Source: an uncultured Nitrososphaerota archaeon
Lineage (GTDB): Archaea > Thermoproteota > Nitrososphaeria > Nitrososphaerales > Gagatemarchaeaceae
Assembly (NCBI GenBank): GCA_963718895.1
Contig: CAVRAG010000008.1
Span: 1,184,001 to 1,248,000 of the forward strand
Reading direction: 5' to 3'
Length of the DNA: 64,000 bases
A model generated the notes under the pieces. It was given only the letters and a program-made list of their open reading frames with translations. It searched no databases and was not told where the DNA came from. Position 1 is the stretch's first letter; each line of letters opens with the position of its first letter. Below, one piece after another: positions 28,452 through 38,421 of the stretch. A program made the translations under genes and the position numbers.

Positions 28452-28832
28452 TCAAGACTCTTCGCAGCTCCAGACTCTCTCCGGGCGAGACGAAGCGACG
28501 GACAACGCCAGCGCCTGGCAGACGGCCTTGACCGACATGGCAGATTTCACCATCTCGTTGGTGACCTCGATCCAGCGAACTCCTGCCCTGTAATAGAAAT
28601 CAACCTTGGAGCGGTCGTGAATCGAACTCTTCGCACCTGAGATTTCTATAACTATCCGCTTCTCGCGGCTCACCATGAGGTCGGGCAGGTACGCCCTCGG
28701 GATGGCATCGCCCCCGCAGCATTCGCAAGCGACCGAAGGCAGACTGTCGTGAGGACCTATGATCGGAGCATCGCCACGCTCGACGGAGGACTCGGCCCCG
28801 CACTTCGAGCACCTGACCGAGGACCAGTCCAC
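28452..28832 (-). CDS. Zn-ribbon + DUF559/Vsr-like endonuclease fragment
   Basis: CSKC, CECC; YLPDLMV...VIEISG...IHD. Confidence 0.55.
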   Translation of the reverse strand: MDWSSVRCSKCGAESSVERGDAPIIGPHDSLPSVACECCGGDAIPRAYLPDLMVSREKRIVIEISGAKSSIHDRSKVDFYYRAGVRWIEVTNEMVKSAMSVKAVCQALALSVASSRPERVWSCEES

Positions 28833-28920
28833 AATCCTGCAGTCGCGCTCCGCGGCGATGCCGTACCAGTTGAGGGAGGCGAGGAACGAGGACTCGGAGT
28901 CAGTATGGCTGACCCGGAAC

Positions 28921-29154
28921 TCACTGTAATTTCTGCTGAATCTCTTCGGGTTCGCCGGGCTGGTCGGCGTTCGACCCCTCCTCCCTTTCTACTACATTCG
29001 CCCTCTCCTCCACCTGCACGATCCCGAGGTACCGGGTCACGACTCTGCCGTTCACCCTGCTCACCCCCTGAGCGAACGCGTAGGGGCCGGTCCTAGCTGC
29101 CTTCGGATATAATCTGCCTTTGATATGCTTCCTGTAGAAGACTGTCGCGCACAT
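28921..29154 (-). CDS. Small basic protein typical of archaeal mobile elements
   Basis: RKHIKG...GPY...RVNGRVVTRYLG motif. Confidence 0.5.
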   Translation of the reverse strand: MCATVFYRKHIKGRLYPKAARTGPYAFAQGVSRVNGRVVTRYLGIVQVEERANVVEREEGSNADQPGEPEEIQQKLQ

Positions 29155-29209
29155 AGCCTATCGTGCGCGAGGGAAGATAAGCACCCATGATGTTGTAGAA
29201 ACACGAAAT

Positions 29210-29491
29210 CTATGCGCTTCTCACGCCCCAAAGTGAGCCGATCTGGGACGAAGATGCTGCCCAAGCGGCGATTATCACGACCACAAGCAGCGCAATCACT
29301 GCGAGGATTCCCATGGTCATTCCCCACTGTCGGCTTTTCCTGAATACCGTTATCGACAACCCTGCCATGGAGATGGGCGCGACGTAGAGCAGACCCCAGG
29401 GCAGGGCGAGCGGAATCGGCGAGAACGGGACGAGCAGGCCGGTGGCGACGAAGACCAGGCCAGCGCTGAGGTTTAGCGGGTTCATGGTCAC
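29210..29491 (-). CDS. Small multi-TM membrane protein
   Basis: Three hydrophobic segments. Confidence 0.55.
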   Translation of the reverse strand: MTMNPLNLSAGLVFVATGLLVPFSPIPLALPWGLLYVAPISMAGLSITVFRKSRQWGMTMGILAVIALLVVVIIAAWAASSSQIGSLWGVRSA

Positions 29492-29512
29492 TTCGCGGTG
29501 TCGCTCCCGAAT

Positions 29513-30094
29513 TCAGCAAAGGTTTGGTGGTCCGCCGCAGGACGAAGCCAGCAGGAAGACGGCGTAGGGTACCGGACTGTGAGGATAGTTGTAGTCGCCG
29601 ACGTATTCGACGAGGATGCCTGCTCGTGGAGAAGTGTGGTTGATGGTTAGGATGTACGTAGGCAGGGGTTCGAAGTACCCGGCTCGCCCTATGGTCTCGT
29701 TGCTCCCACCGGGGAACTTTATGTTCAGTTGAACCACGTCTGCCCATACCACGGTGGACGAGCTGTTCGAGCCTGGGCAGCCTTGATCGATAGGAGGGCA
29801 TATCGTCTGGAACGTCAATCCATCAAATGTGACCGACCCGTTCAGGAAGTAGCTGTATCCGGGACTTCCGATCACGATGTCGCCTGAGATGTCGTCGGCC
29901 CAGTACCACCTCCCGTTCACGTCAAGCGAGAAGACGACGCTGGAGGGAGAGGTCGTGCTTTCGGGACTCGTGATTGTGCTCGTCGTGGTTGTCGTTGTCG
30001 TCTGAGTCGAGGTTGTAGTGGTGGTCTTCGGCATTCCCGTGAACGCGACGAAGACGCTTGCCGAGATCAGCACACCGGCTATGACTATCGCCGC
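29513..30094 (-). pseudogene. Surface protein of the 'AAIVIAGVLISAS' anchor family, 5'-truncated
   Basis: The conserved anchor is cut off at ~30094, where a SWIM-gene tail remnant begins. Confidence 0.55.
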
Positions 30095-30156
30095 CGCGCT
30101 GCCACAGGTCAGGAACGCAATCAGACGCTAGAGCTTCGCGGTTCTCGCCGTTCAAT

Positions 30157-31337
30157 CGCGGACGTTCCCTCCTCTGGAGGGCCCGTGACCCGCTGGGTAT
30201 TCATCGAACCGCAGATTCTCCGAGACTTCGCATCTATTTATCCTAATGTCTGTAGGCCCCTTCCAGAGGGGCGCTTGGTTACCGCCAAGAAGAAGGACTA
30301 TCTCGGGACCTTCAGTGGTCTGGCGCGAGCCACGTTCCTAGGCGAGACCTATCACCTTGACAACAATAGTTACGTCCTGCAGCCAGCCCTTCTGGGGAAG
30401 TATGACCTGCTGCGCTCTATCACCAACCCAGCTTCCGAGTTTGACCGATTAGTCCGGGATCTACCGTCGGAGTTCAAGTCAGTCGCCCGAACCGAGCTAT
30501 ACCGGAAGAACGCCGGATGGATCGAACGAGGCGAGAGAGACAGGAGATTCAAGGAAATCGAACTCGACGGCAAACCATTCATCATCCCCATCTTGAGCAA
30601 GGGTAGCGTAGGGATAGACACGAGCAGCGATTCTGGTCTCACCTACATCTGCATAGCGTGCTTTGATGACGCCGAGTGTGGATACACATTCTTGGAAAGG
30701 CACCTCAAGCTGCCGAAGGCTATCGAGCCGACCGAATTCAAGTGGTCGAAACTCGACTCCGACAATCGAAATGCGGTGGTCAGCGCCCTCCCAGGCCTCG
30801 TCAAGATGTCCACAAACGCAATCTTGGTGATTAAGACCAATGCCTTGGTAAGTCCCGAAGAGAAGACGACGGACGCTTTCATTAAGCTGATTGACGGATG
30901 CTTTTCAGGCTACGAGCGACTCCAGGGCGAGTTCAGGGTGCGGCTGAGGCAAAGGTTCTTCTCGCTTACGAACGACGTGGCGGTACACTGCGACGCGGAT
31001 TTCAGCCCGACGACAACGGAGAAGATTGTCCGACACCTGGTGAGGGTTGTCTCTGGCGGGAGCGCCTACACTCCTCTCCTTGCCAGCTTGAAGTCGGAGG
31101 AGTCCCATCCGATCCAGGTCGCGGATGTGATTTGTGGAGCCGCAAAAGCCCTGATTCGGGAGGGGCGGCTTTCCGAAGCGGGATTGGAGCAATTACCCTT
31201 CAATAACAGACTGAAAGGCAAGGGCAAGGAGGCCAAGGCTTACTACTGGACCAGATGAGGAAAGAGGACTCAGGTGCCGAGAGTCGTTGACCCTTGGCGC
31301 GGACGTTCCCTCCTCTGGAGGGCCCGTGACCCGCTGG
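30157..31337 (+). repeat. Perfect 40-bp direct repeat (30157-30196 and 31298-31337) flanking one gene
   Basis: CGCGGACGTTCCCTCCTCTGGAGGGCCCGTGACCCGCTGG is identical in both copies. Confidence 0.9.
30185..31258 (+). CDS. DUF3800-like (RNase H-fold) protein; true start may be downstream
   Basis: GIDTS, EFKWSKL and IQVADVICGA (QxAD) motifs. Confidence 0.65.
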   Translation: MTRWVFIEPQILRDFASIYPNVCRPLPEGRLVTAKKKDYLGTFSGLARATFLGETYHLDNNSYVLQPALLGKYDLLRSITNPASEFDRLVRDLPSEFKSVARTELYRKNAGWIERGERDRRFKEIELDGKPFIIPILSKGSVGIDTSSDSGLTYICIACFDDAECGYTFLERHLKLPKAIEPTEFKWSKLDSDNRNAVVSALPGLVKMSTNAILVIKTNALVSPEEKTTDAFIKLIDGCFSGYERLQGEFRVRLRQRFFSLTNDVAVHCDADFSPTTTEKIVRHLVRVVSGGSAYTPLLASLKSEESHPIQVADVICGAAKALIREGRLSEAGLEQLPFNNRLKGKGKEAKAYYWTR

Positions 31338-31659
31338 ACTCTCGACCTTGGGTACCTAAGCCTGCCACAACGAATTCGCCCCGCTATATAAGCAGGTATC
31401 TGGTAACGACTTCCAGACGCTGGCCCTATCGCAGCATCGTGACTCCGAAAGACGAGTGGTCTCACCGAGCAAGGTCAAGTCTACTGCGAGATGGACGACA
31501 ACACGGACTACTGCCCGCAGATGGCGTTCGCGGCGGCTCTACCCCCAGGTAAGGAAGGCCATCAGAAGATGAAGGTAGAGGCTCCATTGCGGGTTCTCCA
31601 GGGAGTGATACTGTCCTGGATGGTCGCTGTCGCGTCGGGGCGAGATCTAGACAGCAGAG

Positions 31660-32121
31660 CTAGCACGAGATGCTCTCGGTTTGCGTTTGATTCGAAGCGG
31701 TTAGCGTCCTGTTGGTTACGGTGGTGAAGGACACAGCGGACGAGTTTGTTATGGTAGCTGGATAGGTGTACGTAATGGTGGTCGATTGCCCAAAAGGCGG
31801 GCTCGTGTACGTGATGCTGGTCGTTCCAGAAACCGTGACGCACTTCGGCACATAGATTATCACGAGTACGGTCTGCTCGGTTACGGTGAGCAGCGTGTAG
31901 ATGTGACCCGACGAATAGATCACGGTTACGGTGGTTGGCACCGTTTCAGTCGAGGTGGTAAGGAGCGTCTGAAAGCGCGTGACAGATGAGGTTCTCGTGG
32001 GAGCGAAACCGTACCCGATCGAGACTCCTAGCCCCAGAGCGACGAGCACGAGGGCGACCGAGACCAGAAGAATCCTTCTGACGTGCAACTTCGGTCTTAC
32101 CTGAATGACAATTGGCTGCAT
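31660..32121 (-). CDS. Thr-rich membrane-anchored surface protein
   Basis: N-terminal TM, Thr-rich body; shared motif at 32125-32145. Confidence 0.65.
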   Translation of the reverse strand: MQPIVIQVRPKLHVRRILLVSVALVLVALGLGVSIGYGFAPTRTSSVTRFQTLLTTSTETVPTTVTVIYSSGHIYTLLTVTEQTVLVIIYVPKCVTVSGTTSITYTSPPFGQSTTITYTYPATITNSSAVSFTTVTNRTLTASNQTQTESISC

Positions 32122-32195
32122 TCTGATTAATAGTTATGTCCGAACGGCAGAGCCACTAGCCGTTTGTTGATTTGAGATGCATAAAAGAGCCATCG

Positions 32196-32552
32196 CTATG
32201 TACAGGGTTCATTGCGCCTCCGCCGGTGCATTTCATCCACACCTTGAATATCGTAGATCAGGACTTTCGCTAGATACAGGTAAGGCTTTGATGATTGCCC
32301 TGAGGATGGGAGCCACCAGAGATGACCGCCGGCGGGGACGTAGACTACTCCATAGTGCGACAACATGTACGAAGCGGAGCCGTAAATCACCAGAGTCGGA
32401 GCTGGTTCGATTTCAGTGCAGATGCACATACCATGCTGTGAATACAAGTCATAGGTCGTGACTATCGTCGGGATGATTGGAACGAGGAACAAGAAGGCCA
32501 GCACACCAACAGCACCGATGCAGGCTACTGCCACCTTAGTGATGCGCTTCAT
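32196..32552 (-). CDS. Small membrane-anchored protein
   Basis: TM + LVPIIP...GSASY family pattern. Confidence 0.55.
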   Translation of the reverse strand: MKRITKVAVACIGAVGVLAFLFLVPIIPTIVTTYDLYSQHGMCICTEIEPAPTLVIYGSASYMLSHYGVVYVPAGGHLWWLPSSGQSSKPYLYLAKVLIYDIQGVDEMHRRRRNEPCT

Positions 32553-32986
32553 GCCATCGCCGAGCCAGCTCTGTAGCCAAGGAGCGTCGAGTTATCGAAG
32601 TACATGTGCTGAACCGTGTCGTTGCCCGCAAAGACGTCGACCTCGATCTGGCCGCTCATATTGGGCGAGTAGAAGATTATCGTCTCGATCGAGGCTATGT
32701 TAGGCCCCCAGCTGTAGCCGAAGCTCGAGTACGGCTGGACGTGGTACTGTATTCCGTGCGAGAGGGACTGGAACTGGGAGGTGTTCTCTATCATTGGAAT
32801 GAGTGACGAGCCGAGGGATGATATCTGTGCGTCACCGGGGTAACCGGGAGGCAGAGTCGGAGCCGCCTGCCCGACCTGGGTACTGGCAGCGGTTCCTGAG
32901 ATGTTGAGTCCAACCGCAATCAACAACAAGGTAATCATCGCCGCTGCGGAGATCGAGAGCGTCGCCTTGGCTTGGTGGGATGCCAC
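32549..32986 (-). CDS. Secreted hypothetical protein
   Basis: Signal-like N-terminus; 4-bp overlap with the next gene. Confidence 0.6.
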   Translation of the reverse strand: MASHQAKATLSISAAAMITLLLIAVGLNISGTAASTQVGQAAPTLPPGYPGDAQISSLGSSLIPMIENTSQFQSLSHGIQYHVQPYSSFGYSWGPNIASIETIIFYSPNMSGQIEVDVFAGNDTVQHMYFDNSTLLGYRAGSAMA

Positions 32987-33076
32987 GTCGAACGGGGCAG
33001 CCTTCGTGTCTCGGGTTAAGGTTACTTCCGAAGACTCGGAATAAAGTATTTATCAACAGAGCCATCCTTTTGACCG

Positions 33077-33709
33077 ATGTCGCGAGCTACCTTCGTCCTG
33101 GCGGTGGTCGTCGCGGTCGCGATAGTCAATACCGTGTTTCTGGGAGTCCATCTGGCGAGCCCGTCGGAATCTGGTCCCGCCCTGCAGACCTCAATCACGA
33201 ACCTTGGGACAGGAATCAACGGCTACACCGCTTCGGGTTCCCTCTCCCTCCCGCCAAACAACCAGCCGGCGTTCCAGTTCCTCCTCGCCAACTCTCCGGT
33301 GTTGTCCACGGCCAGTTGGGCGCTGGTAGGAGGCGTCTGGATCTGGCGGGGTAGGATGAAGTCGCGCTGGGAGAGCCTCGGCTTCGACTCTGGCATCTTC
33401 GACCTCTTCATCAAGATGAAGGGAGCCAAGACGAGGTTGAACCTCCTGGATGCGCTCTCGAGGCCGAAGGACAGGCTGCAGCTCGCGCAAGAGCTCGGCC
33501 TTGACTGGAAGGCCGTCGACTACCACATCGTCCTGCTCAACAGGTACGGTCTCGTCCACGAAGACCACGCCTTCGGGAACGTGAGGATGTACACTCTCAC
33601 GAGGCAGGGAGAGGTCCTGCTTCAACTGCTCAAGGAATTCAACAAGGAGATCGTGAGAGGCGCCGAACCGAGCGCTGCTGTCGTCCCCTCTACCCTGCCT
33701 ATCCCATAA
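33077..33709 (+). CDS. Membrane-tethered ArsR/winged-helix transcriptional regulator
   Basis: Two TMs, then KGAKTRLNLL...QLAQELGLDWKAVDYHIVLL...YTLTRQG. Confidence 0.8.
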   Translation: MSRATFVLAVVVAVAIVNTVFLGVHLASPSESGPALQTSITNLGTGINGYTASGSLSLPPNNQPAFQFLLANSPVLSTASWALVGGVWIWRGRMKSRWESLGFDSGIFDLFIKMKGAKTRLNLLDALSRPKDRLQLAQELGLDWKAVDYHIVLLNRYGLVHEDHAFGNVRMYTLTRQGEVLLQLLKEFNKEIVRGAEPSAAVVPSTLPIP

Positions 33710-33938
33710 TCAGGGTGCGAAGCCGTTGCCGAAGCTCGTCGAAGAATTGAGCGACAGATGACACGTAATGACTTCAGGAAGCTGTCTGGCTGAACCGTCG
33801 GCCTGATTGGGGCGACGCTGCTCTGTGCGGTATTGCGTCGATGGTGGCCTTGCTCCCAGCGATTACGCTGTTCTGGGTCCTCAGCTGCAGTCCCATCGGC
33901 GGAGGTACGCAGTACTTCTGAGGTCCGAACAGAGGTTA

Positions 33939-34580
33939 TCAGAATTGGACGTACATTATACCCATCCCGCCAACGCTCATAGACACCGGTTGGAACGGTT
34001 GTCCGAACACGCATCCTTGAGGCTGGATGATTGTAAAGTCAGAGGCGTTCACCTGCGACGCCGCGTAGCCTACGGCCAAGGGGAACCCTCCATTGCAAAA
34101 CCCGGTCACGCCGGGGTCGTAGAATCCGGTCGCGTTGCCCAGGGCGGTGACCGTGTACACGACGGTGACGAAGTCTGTGGAGCTCGTCGCCTGTATGGAG
34201 CTTGGAGCACTGGTCACAGTGAAGGAATAGGAGGGGACAGGCAAGCATCCCTTGACGGCGCAGGTCTCGGTTGCCATAAGGAGCGTGAAGTTCTGGGTGA
34301 AGGGCTGGTTGTCGAAGGCGCTCGCCTTGCCTTGCCAACTCGACTGGTACGTCACGCAGACCGTTCCGGTCGACCCGGGCTGCATGAGCCAAACCGGGCT
34401 CGTGTTGGTCGAGGGACTGCCTGCGCTATACACCGGCTCATTGCAGGGCGTGGTGATGGTTACGGTGACTGTGGTCTTCGCTCCTCCGACTGCGACGAAC
34501 AGGCTCGCGGAAATCAGCACGCCGGCTATGATTATCGCCGAAGCGATCACTATGTAGCTCCGGTTGGCGTGGCCGCTTAT
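33939..34580 (-). CDS. Surface protein of the 'RSY..IA.AIIIAGVLISAS' anchor family (start approximate)
   Basis: Anchor shared with the 3843, 29513 and 38557 genes. Confidence 0.65.
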   Translation of the reverse strand: MSGHANRSYIVIASAIIIAGVLISASLFVAVGGAKTTVTVTITTPCNEPVYSAGSPSTNTSPVWLMQPGSTGTVCVTYQSSWQGKASAFDNQPFTQNFTLLMATETCAVKGCLPVPSYSFTVTSAPSSIQATSSTDFVTVVYTVTALGNATGFYDPGVTGFCNGGFPLAVGYAASQVNASDFTIIQPQGCVFGQPFQPVSMSVGGMGIMYVQF

Positions 34581-34594
34581 GGGAGCCGGACCGC

Positions 34595-34870
34595 TCAAAC
34601 GAAACTCACCAGCGGCCCGTTCGGCTCGGAGAGGACGAAGACTCCGTGCTGGATCAGCGCGAAGGAGATCGAGCCGTAGAGGGGATACAGAAATCCGACT
34701 GGGCAGGAGCACTGAGGGCAGGTCACCGCGCAGGGGGTGGACTGGCCCATCGGGACTATCGGGACGAGGAGCACGAAGAGAAAGGCTGCGACGGCGACTA
34801 CGGTGACTGCAATCGGACCGACCGCTCTCCGATGTTGCACGGCAACTCGGCGGGTGAGAGTGGGATTCAT
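34595..34870 (-). CDS. Small Cys-rich membrane peptide
   Basis: TM + LVPIVP..C..C..C..GSISF; shared motif at 34871-34891. Confidence 0.55.
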   Translation of the reverse strand: MNPTLTRRVAVQHRRAVGPIAVTVVAVAAFLFVLLVPIVPMGQSTPCAVTCPQCSCPVGFLYPLYGSISFALIQHGVFVLSEPNGPLVSFV

Positions 34871-34925
34871 GATTAATAGTTATGTCCGAACAAAATCCCA
34901 AAAAGCGTGCCTACCCCGGCAAGCT

Positions 34926-35312
34926 TCAGTTGAACGGCTGGCAGGGGCTGGGCGTCAATGAAGAGCCTACGGACAGGAAACTGTTCATTGAGGTCACTAT
35001 CGCGATGTCCTGAGTCTCTTCGGCCTGAAGGGTGGCGATCATGCCGGCGTAGCCGGAAGGCTTGGTCGAGTTGAGGGCCGCGATTATCGAGTTGTCCATC
35101 TGTATCTGCTGCTGCATCGCCTGGGTCGTGTTGGAGTCGACTCGATAGGCGGACCCGGCCACGCTCGTGAGGGTGGTGCACACGCTCCTGCCGTCGCTCT
35201 TGAGCGAGGAGATCTGGGCGGTCGCGGTGCTGTAGTAGTATACAAGACTCCCGGCGAGTATCACAATCGTCAGGGCGGCCAAGCCTGCGTAAGTTCTGCC
35301 CCTAGAGTTCAT
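34926..35312 (-). CDS. Membrane-anchored helical protein
   Basis: N-terminal TM; shared motif at 35340-35360. Confidence 0.6.
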   Translation of the reverse strand: MNSRGRTYAGLAALTIVILAGSLVYYYSTATAQISSLKSDGRSVCTTLTSVAGSAYRVDSNTTQAMQQQIQMDNSIIAALNSTKPSGYAGMIATLQAEETQDIAIVTSMNSFLSVGSSLTPSPCQPFN

Positions 35313-35411
35313 GATTATCCGGGTTTTGCGGCGCTTGATGATTAATAGTTTTGTCCGAAGGCCATCCTACTCTGCGTTAAGTCCCACACCGGCCATGAGA
35401 CGCGACCGAGG

Positions 35412-35600
35412 ATGGAGTCTCCAAGGCAGGAACAAGCGCTCGTCAGCATGGTCGAGCTGAAGAAGCTGGCCGGGACCAAGCTGCCTCCCTCGAGCGCGCC
35501 GAGGGACCTCATCCTCTCCGAACCGGGCCACCTTCCGAGCGATGAAGCCGCGGTCAAGGCCGCGCTCTACGCCATACTTCTCTATCATGAGCTGAAATGA
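35412..35600 (+). CDS. Small hypothetical protein (paralog of 39514-39729)
   Basis: High similarity including ~70 bp of upstream sequence. Confidence 0.65.
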   Translation: MESPRQEQALVSMVELKKLAGTKLPPSSAPRDLILSEPGHLPSDEAAVKAALYAILLYHELK

Positions 35601-35872
35601 CGCAGAGTGTTCACTGACACGGCAGATTGGTCGGGCTCAGACTCGATCTCTCGCACTCTTCTTTGCCGGACGATGACGAAGAGGATGAACAGCACTATGA
35701 TGATTATCGTAGTTAGGAGACTGGCGCCCGATCCCAGACCCGGGAAGAAGTCCCCCAGAGCATAAAGGACGATGCCCCCTATCATTACCGAGGCGATTAG
35801 AAGAGTGGCGAGAGCAACCCAGGTGGTCGTCCCTCTTCGGGTTGTATCCAAATCGATCTTCTTGATTCTCAA
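35585..35872 (-). CDS. Two-TM membrane protein
   Basis: Two hydrophobic helices. Confidence 0.55.
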   Translation of the reverse strand: MRIKKIDLDTTRRGTTTWVALATLLIASVMIGGIVLYALGDFFPGLGSGASLLTTIIIIVLFILFVIVRQRRVREIESEPDQSAVSVNTLRHFSS

Positions 35873-36088
35873 GCCATTCGTTCTAGATGAGCACAGCGCA
35901 ACGCCTCACAAATCTGGCCGCGGCCGGAATGCTGTCAACAACCGATCTTCGCGACGTCTCTGTCACAGGCCAGGAGCGCAATCTGCCGATAACGTGGAGA
36001 GGTGTTGACTGCTGTCCTCGATAGCGTGGCTATAAAGGAGGACGGCGACTAACTGCACATCAATGACCGTAATCGGCGGAGATGAGCA

Positions 36089-36433
36089 ATGAGCGGCGAA
36101 CCTGCGGGGAAGAAGTTCGGCCTTGTCGTCTCCGTCGAGTTCAGGGCGCTCTACCGAATGATGAAAGACGAGCAGATGAAAAGATCGATAGATTCGCTCG
36201 CTGACGCGCTCGAACAGAGGCCTCTGGACGCGGGCGCGTTCGTGCCGAAGGACAGATGGCCCGACGAGTACAGAACTATGGGATTGAGCAACGTCTACAA
36301 GGCCAACCTCGCCAAAGGAGCTAGGATCACCTACACGGTGACCCTGAGTCAAGCCGGAAGCGGTCTAGTAAGGGTGATCGAGTTCTTTCCCACGCACAAG
36401 GATTACGCGAAGAAGTTCGGCTACGGCGTCTAG
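36089..36433 (+). CDS. RelE/ParE-like toxin
   Basis: 114 aa; NVYKANLAKGARITYTV...IEFFPTHKDY. Confidence 0.55.
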   Translation: MSGEPAGKKFGLVVSVEFRALYRMMKDEQMKRSIDSLADALEQRPLDAGAFVPKDRWPDEYRTMGLSNVYKANLAKGARITYTVTLSQAGSGLVRVIEFFPTHKDYAKKFGYGV

Positions 36434-36723
36434 GCGCGCAGCTTCACGCTCGCCTTGAGGAGCGCTTCCAGCTTGGGGTTCTCGACCGCCACCCAGACGA
36501 CCCTGCCCTTCCCGTCGAACATGATCTTGTTTGACGCCTCCAGGTACTCCAGGACGCCGACGAACGTCTGGTACATCGTCTTCCGCGGGAGGGAGCGCCA
36601 CAGCTGCATCCTTGAAGGCGGGAGATTGCTGTTCTTGATCGCAGACTCCACCATCATGACGGTGTCTAGGGTAGGAGAATGAATCGCAGAACTGTCCTTT
36701 AGTCGATGGGGCTCCTTGAGCAA
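36430..36723 (-). CDS. Small winged-helix-like protein (paralog of 5870-6163)
   Basis: Direct alignment of translations; conserved upstream TATATACACTTATATA. Confidence 0.7.
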   Translation of the reverse strand: MLKEPHRLKDSSAIHSPTLDTVMMVESAIKNSNLPPSRMQLWRSLPRKTMYQTFVGVLEYLEASNKIMFDGKGRVVWVAVENPKLEALLKASVKLRA

Positions 36724-36916
36724 TGTGAGCGCTGGCTGAGCAACGAATTATATAAGTGTATATAGTTTTAATCAAGTTCTACTGCGAGATGGACGACAAC
36801 ACGGACTACTGCCCGCACACGGCCTTCGCGGCGGCTCTGCCACAGGTATGGGGTGCCATCAAGCGCTGAGCAGTACAGGAGGTTCATTACGCCTCGAGCT
36901 CGGCTGGAGGGATGGG

Positions 36917-37216
36917 CTACGGTTGCATGTCGGGGCAGGAGGAACTCAACTCTCCAGCCAGAATGTCTCGGGGCTGAGTAAGATAGTAGCCTCCGTTCGC
37001 CAGCGCAAGAGCTCCGCTTCCAAGATAGCAGAAGCTGATTGAGGCCGACCCTTTGTATACCACACTGCTTCCACAAGAGGGCTGGCTCGTCGCACCGCAA
37101 TTCACCTGATTGCCTGGAGGCGATGCCGAAACGGGAATGACGGGCAAGAAGTAGATGGTAACGAGCAGGGCCACGATGATAACTCCAACGATTGAAATCT
37201 TAAGGAGGCGCCGCAT
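36917..37216 (-). CDS. Small Cys-containing membrane peptide
   Basis: TM + LPVIP..C..C..ASISF. Confidence 0.6.
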   Translation of the reverse strand: MRRLLKISIVGVIIVALLVTIYFLPVIPVSASPPGNQVNCGATSQPSCGSSVVYKGSASISFCYLGSGALALANGGYYLTQPRDILAGELSSSCPDMQP

Positions 37217-37396
37217 GTGTCAGACGGGCGTCTACTTCTATTTACTCTTTGTTTCATCTTACGCTTCGGGTGGGGGAAGAAGAAGTCAAGCCATACCAGG
37301 TTTCGTTGCGCCTCCGCCGCAAAATGCCCCCTTTCGCGATAAACGGCTGCCAAGGTCATAGTCTGCTCTGACACCCGTGGACCCATGACACCCGCA

Positions 37397-37850
37397 TTAG
37401 GGTGGCGCAGTAGGGTGCAATTCCGCGTGTAGCTTCCTGCTATCCAGGGTCCAGGAGCCGCCGATCATCCGCAGGAGGTAGCCGAAGGCGAACACGACGG
37501 CAACGGGCAGCAGGTTCAGCACGGCCCAGTTCGGCGGCTGATGCGTGGTCGACAGGTTGGCCACTCCGATCAGGAAGACGTAGCCGTACGCGAAGAGCTC
37601 CACGGCAACGAGCATCACGGTCCCCTGCCATGAAAGCGTCTTCGAGAACCAGATAGGCAGAAGGAGGAGGTTCAGGAGAAGGAAGAGTGAGAGGCCGTCC
37701 AGCACGTAGCCCCAGAGAGAGAGTCCCGGATAGCACGCGCACGTTCGATGGATGTCACCAAATGAAGCTGAATCGACTCTTCCACGATGAAGTAGACTGA
37801 GGTTGGAACCAGAATCAGTGAGAGGAGCCAGAGTCTGGAGCGCATCACGC
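37397..37850 (-). CDS. Multi-TM membrane protein (start uncertain)
   Basis: Three hydrophobic segments within ORF 37397-37900. Confidence 0.45.
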
Positions 37851-37956
37851 GGTCTTGTTTTGGAAACCGTGTTTCTGGTTAATAGACTTGTCCAAGGCAC
37901 AGCCTTTAGCCGCTTGTTAGTCTAAGATACCTCAAAAGGCACGCCACGTATAGGGT

Positions 37957-38421
37957 TCATTGCCTCAGTTGAATCTGGATGCTTCCCGGTCTGCGGAAGG
38001 ACTTGATCAACACGAATATTGAGAGGTTGATCGAAATGACCAGCGCTACGAGAGTTCCCCACCCTTCGGCAGCGCTGGGTATGGAGGGACAGACGCCCGG
38101 TGCGATGGGCTCCGTACTCATACAGGGAGGGGTGGTAACCCACGAGAGCCAGGCTAGGATTGCCACCAGCCCGATTATGACCCCGATGACGGAGATGAAC
38201 TTGATCCAGCGCAGCGCGGGCGTCAACTTGAACCAGTAGGAGTTAATCAGGGCAGCTGACGAGACGGTGATTACCAGGACGAGTGCTGCCAGACAGATAA
38301 GAACCAGCGCGATTCCCCACTCTTCGTCTGTGAGGACAGAGTAGGGCACCAGCCAAATCCACGCCAGGACGCCCACGAATCCGAGACCAATCCCAATCAC
38401 AGACGTGGCTCTCGGATTCAT
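37957..38421 (-). CDS. Four-TM membrane protein
   Basis: Hydropathy pattern; shared motif at 38447-38467. Confidence 0.65.
   Translation of the reverse strand: MNPRATSVIGIGLGFVGVLAWIWLVPYSVLTDEEWGIALVLICLAALVLVITVSSAALINSYWFKLTPALRWIKFISVIGVIIGLVAILAWLSWVTTPPCMSTEPIAPGVCPSIPSAAEGWGTLVALVISINLSIFVLIKSFRRPGSIQIQLRQ

Noticed and set aside
33998-34010. Extra TTGTCCGAAC match
   Set aside because: Lies inside a coding region and lacks the adjacent AT-rich half; probably chance.
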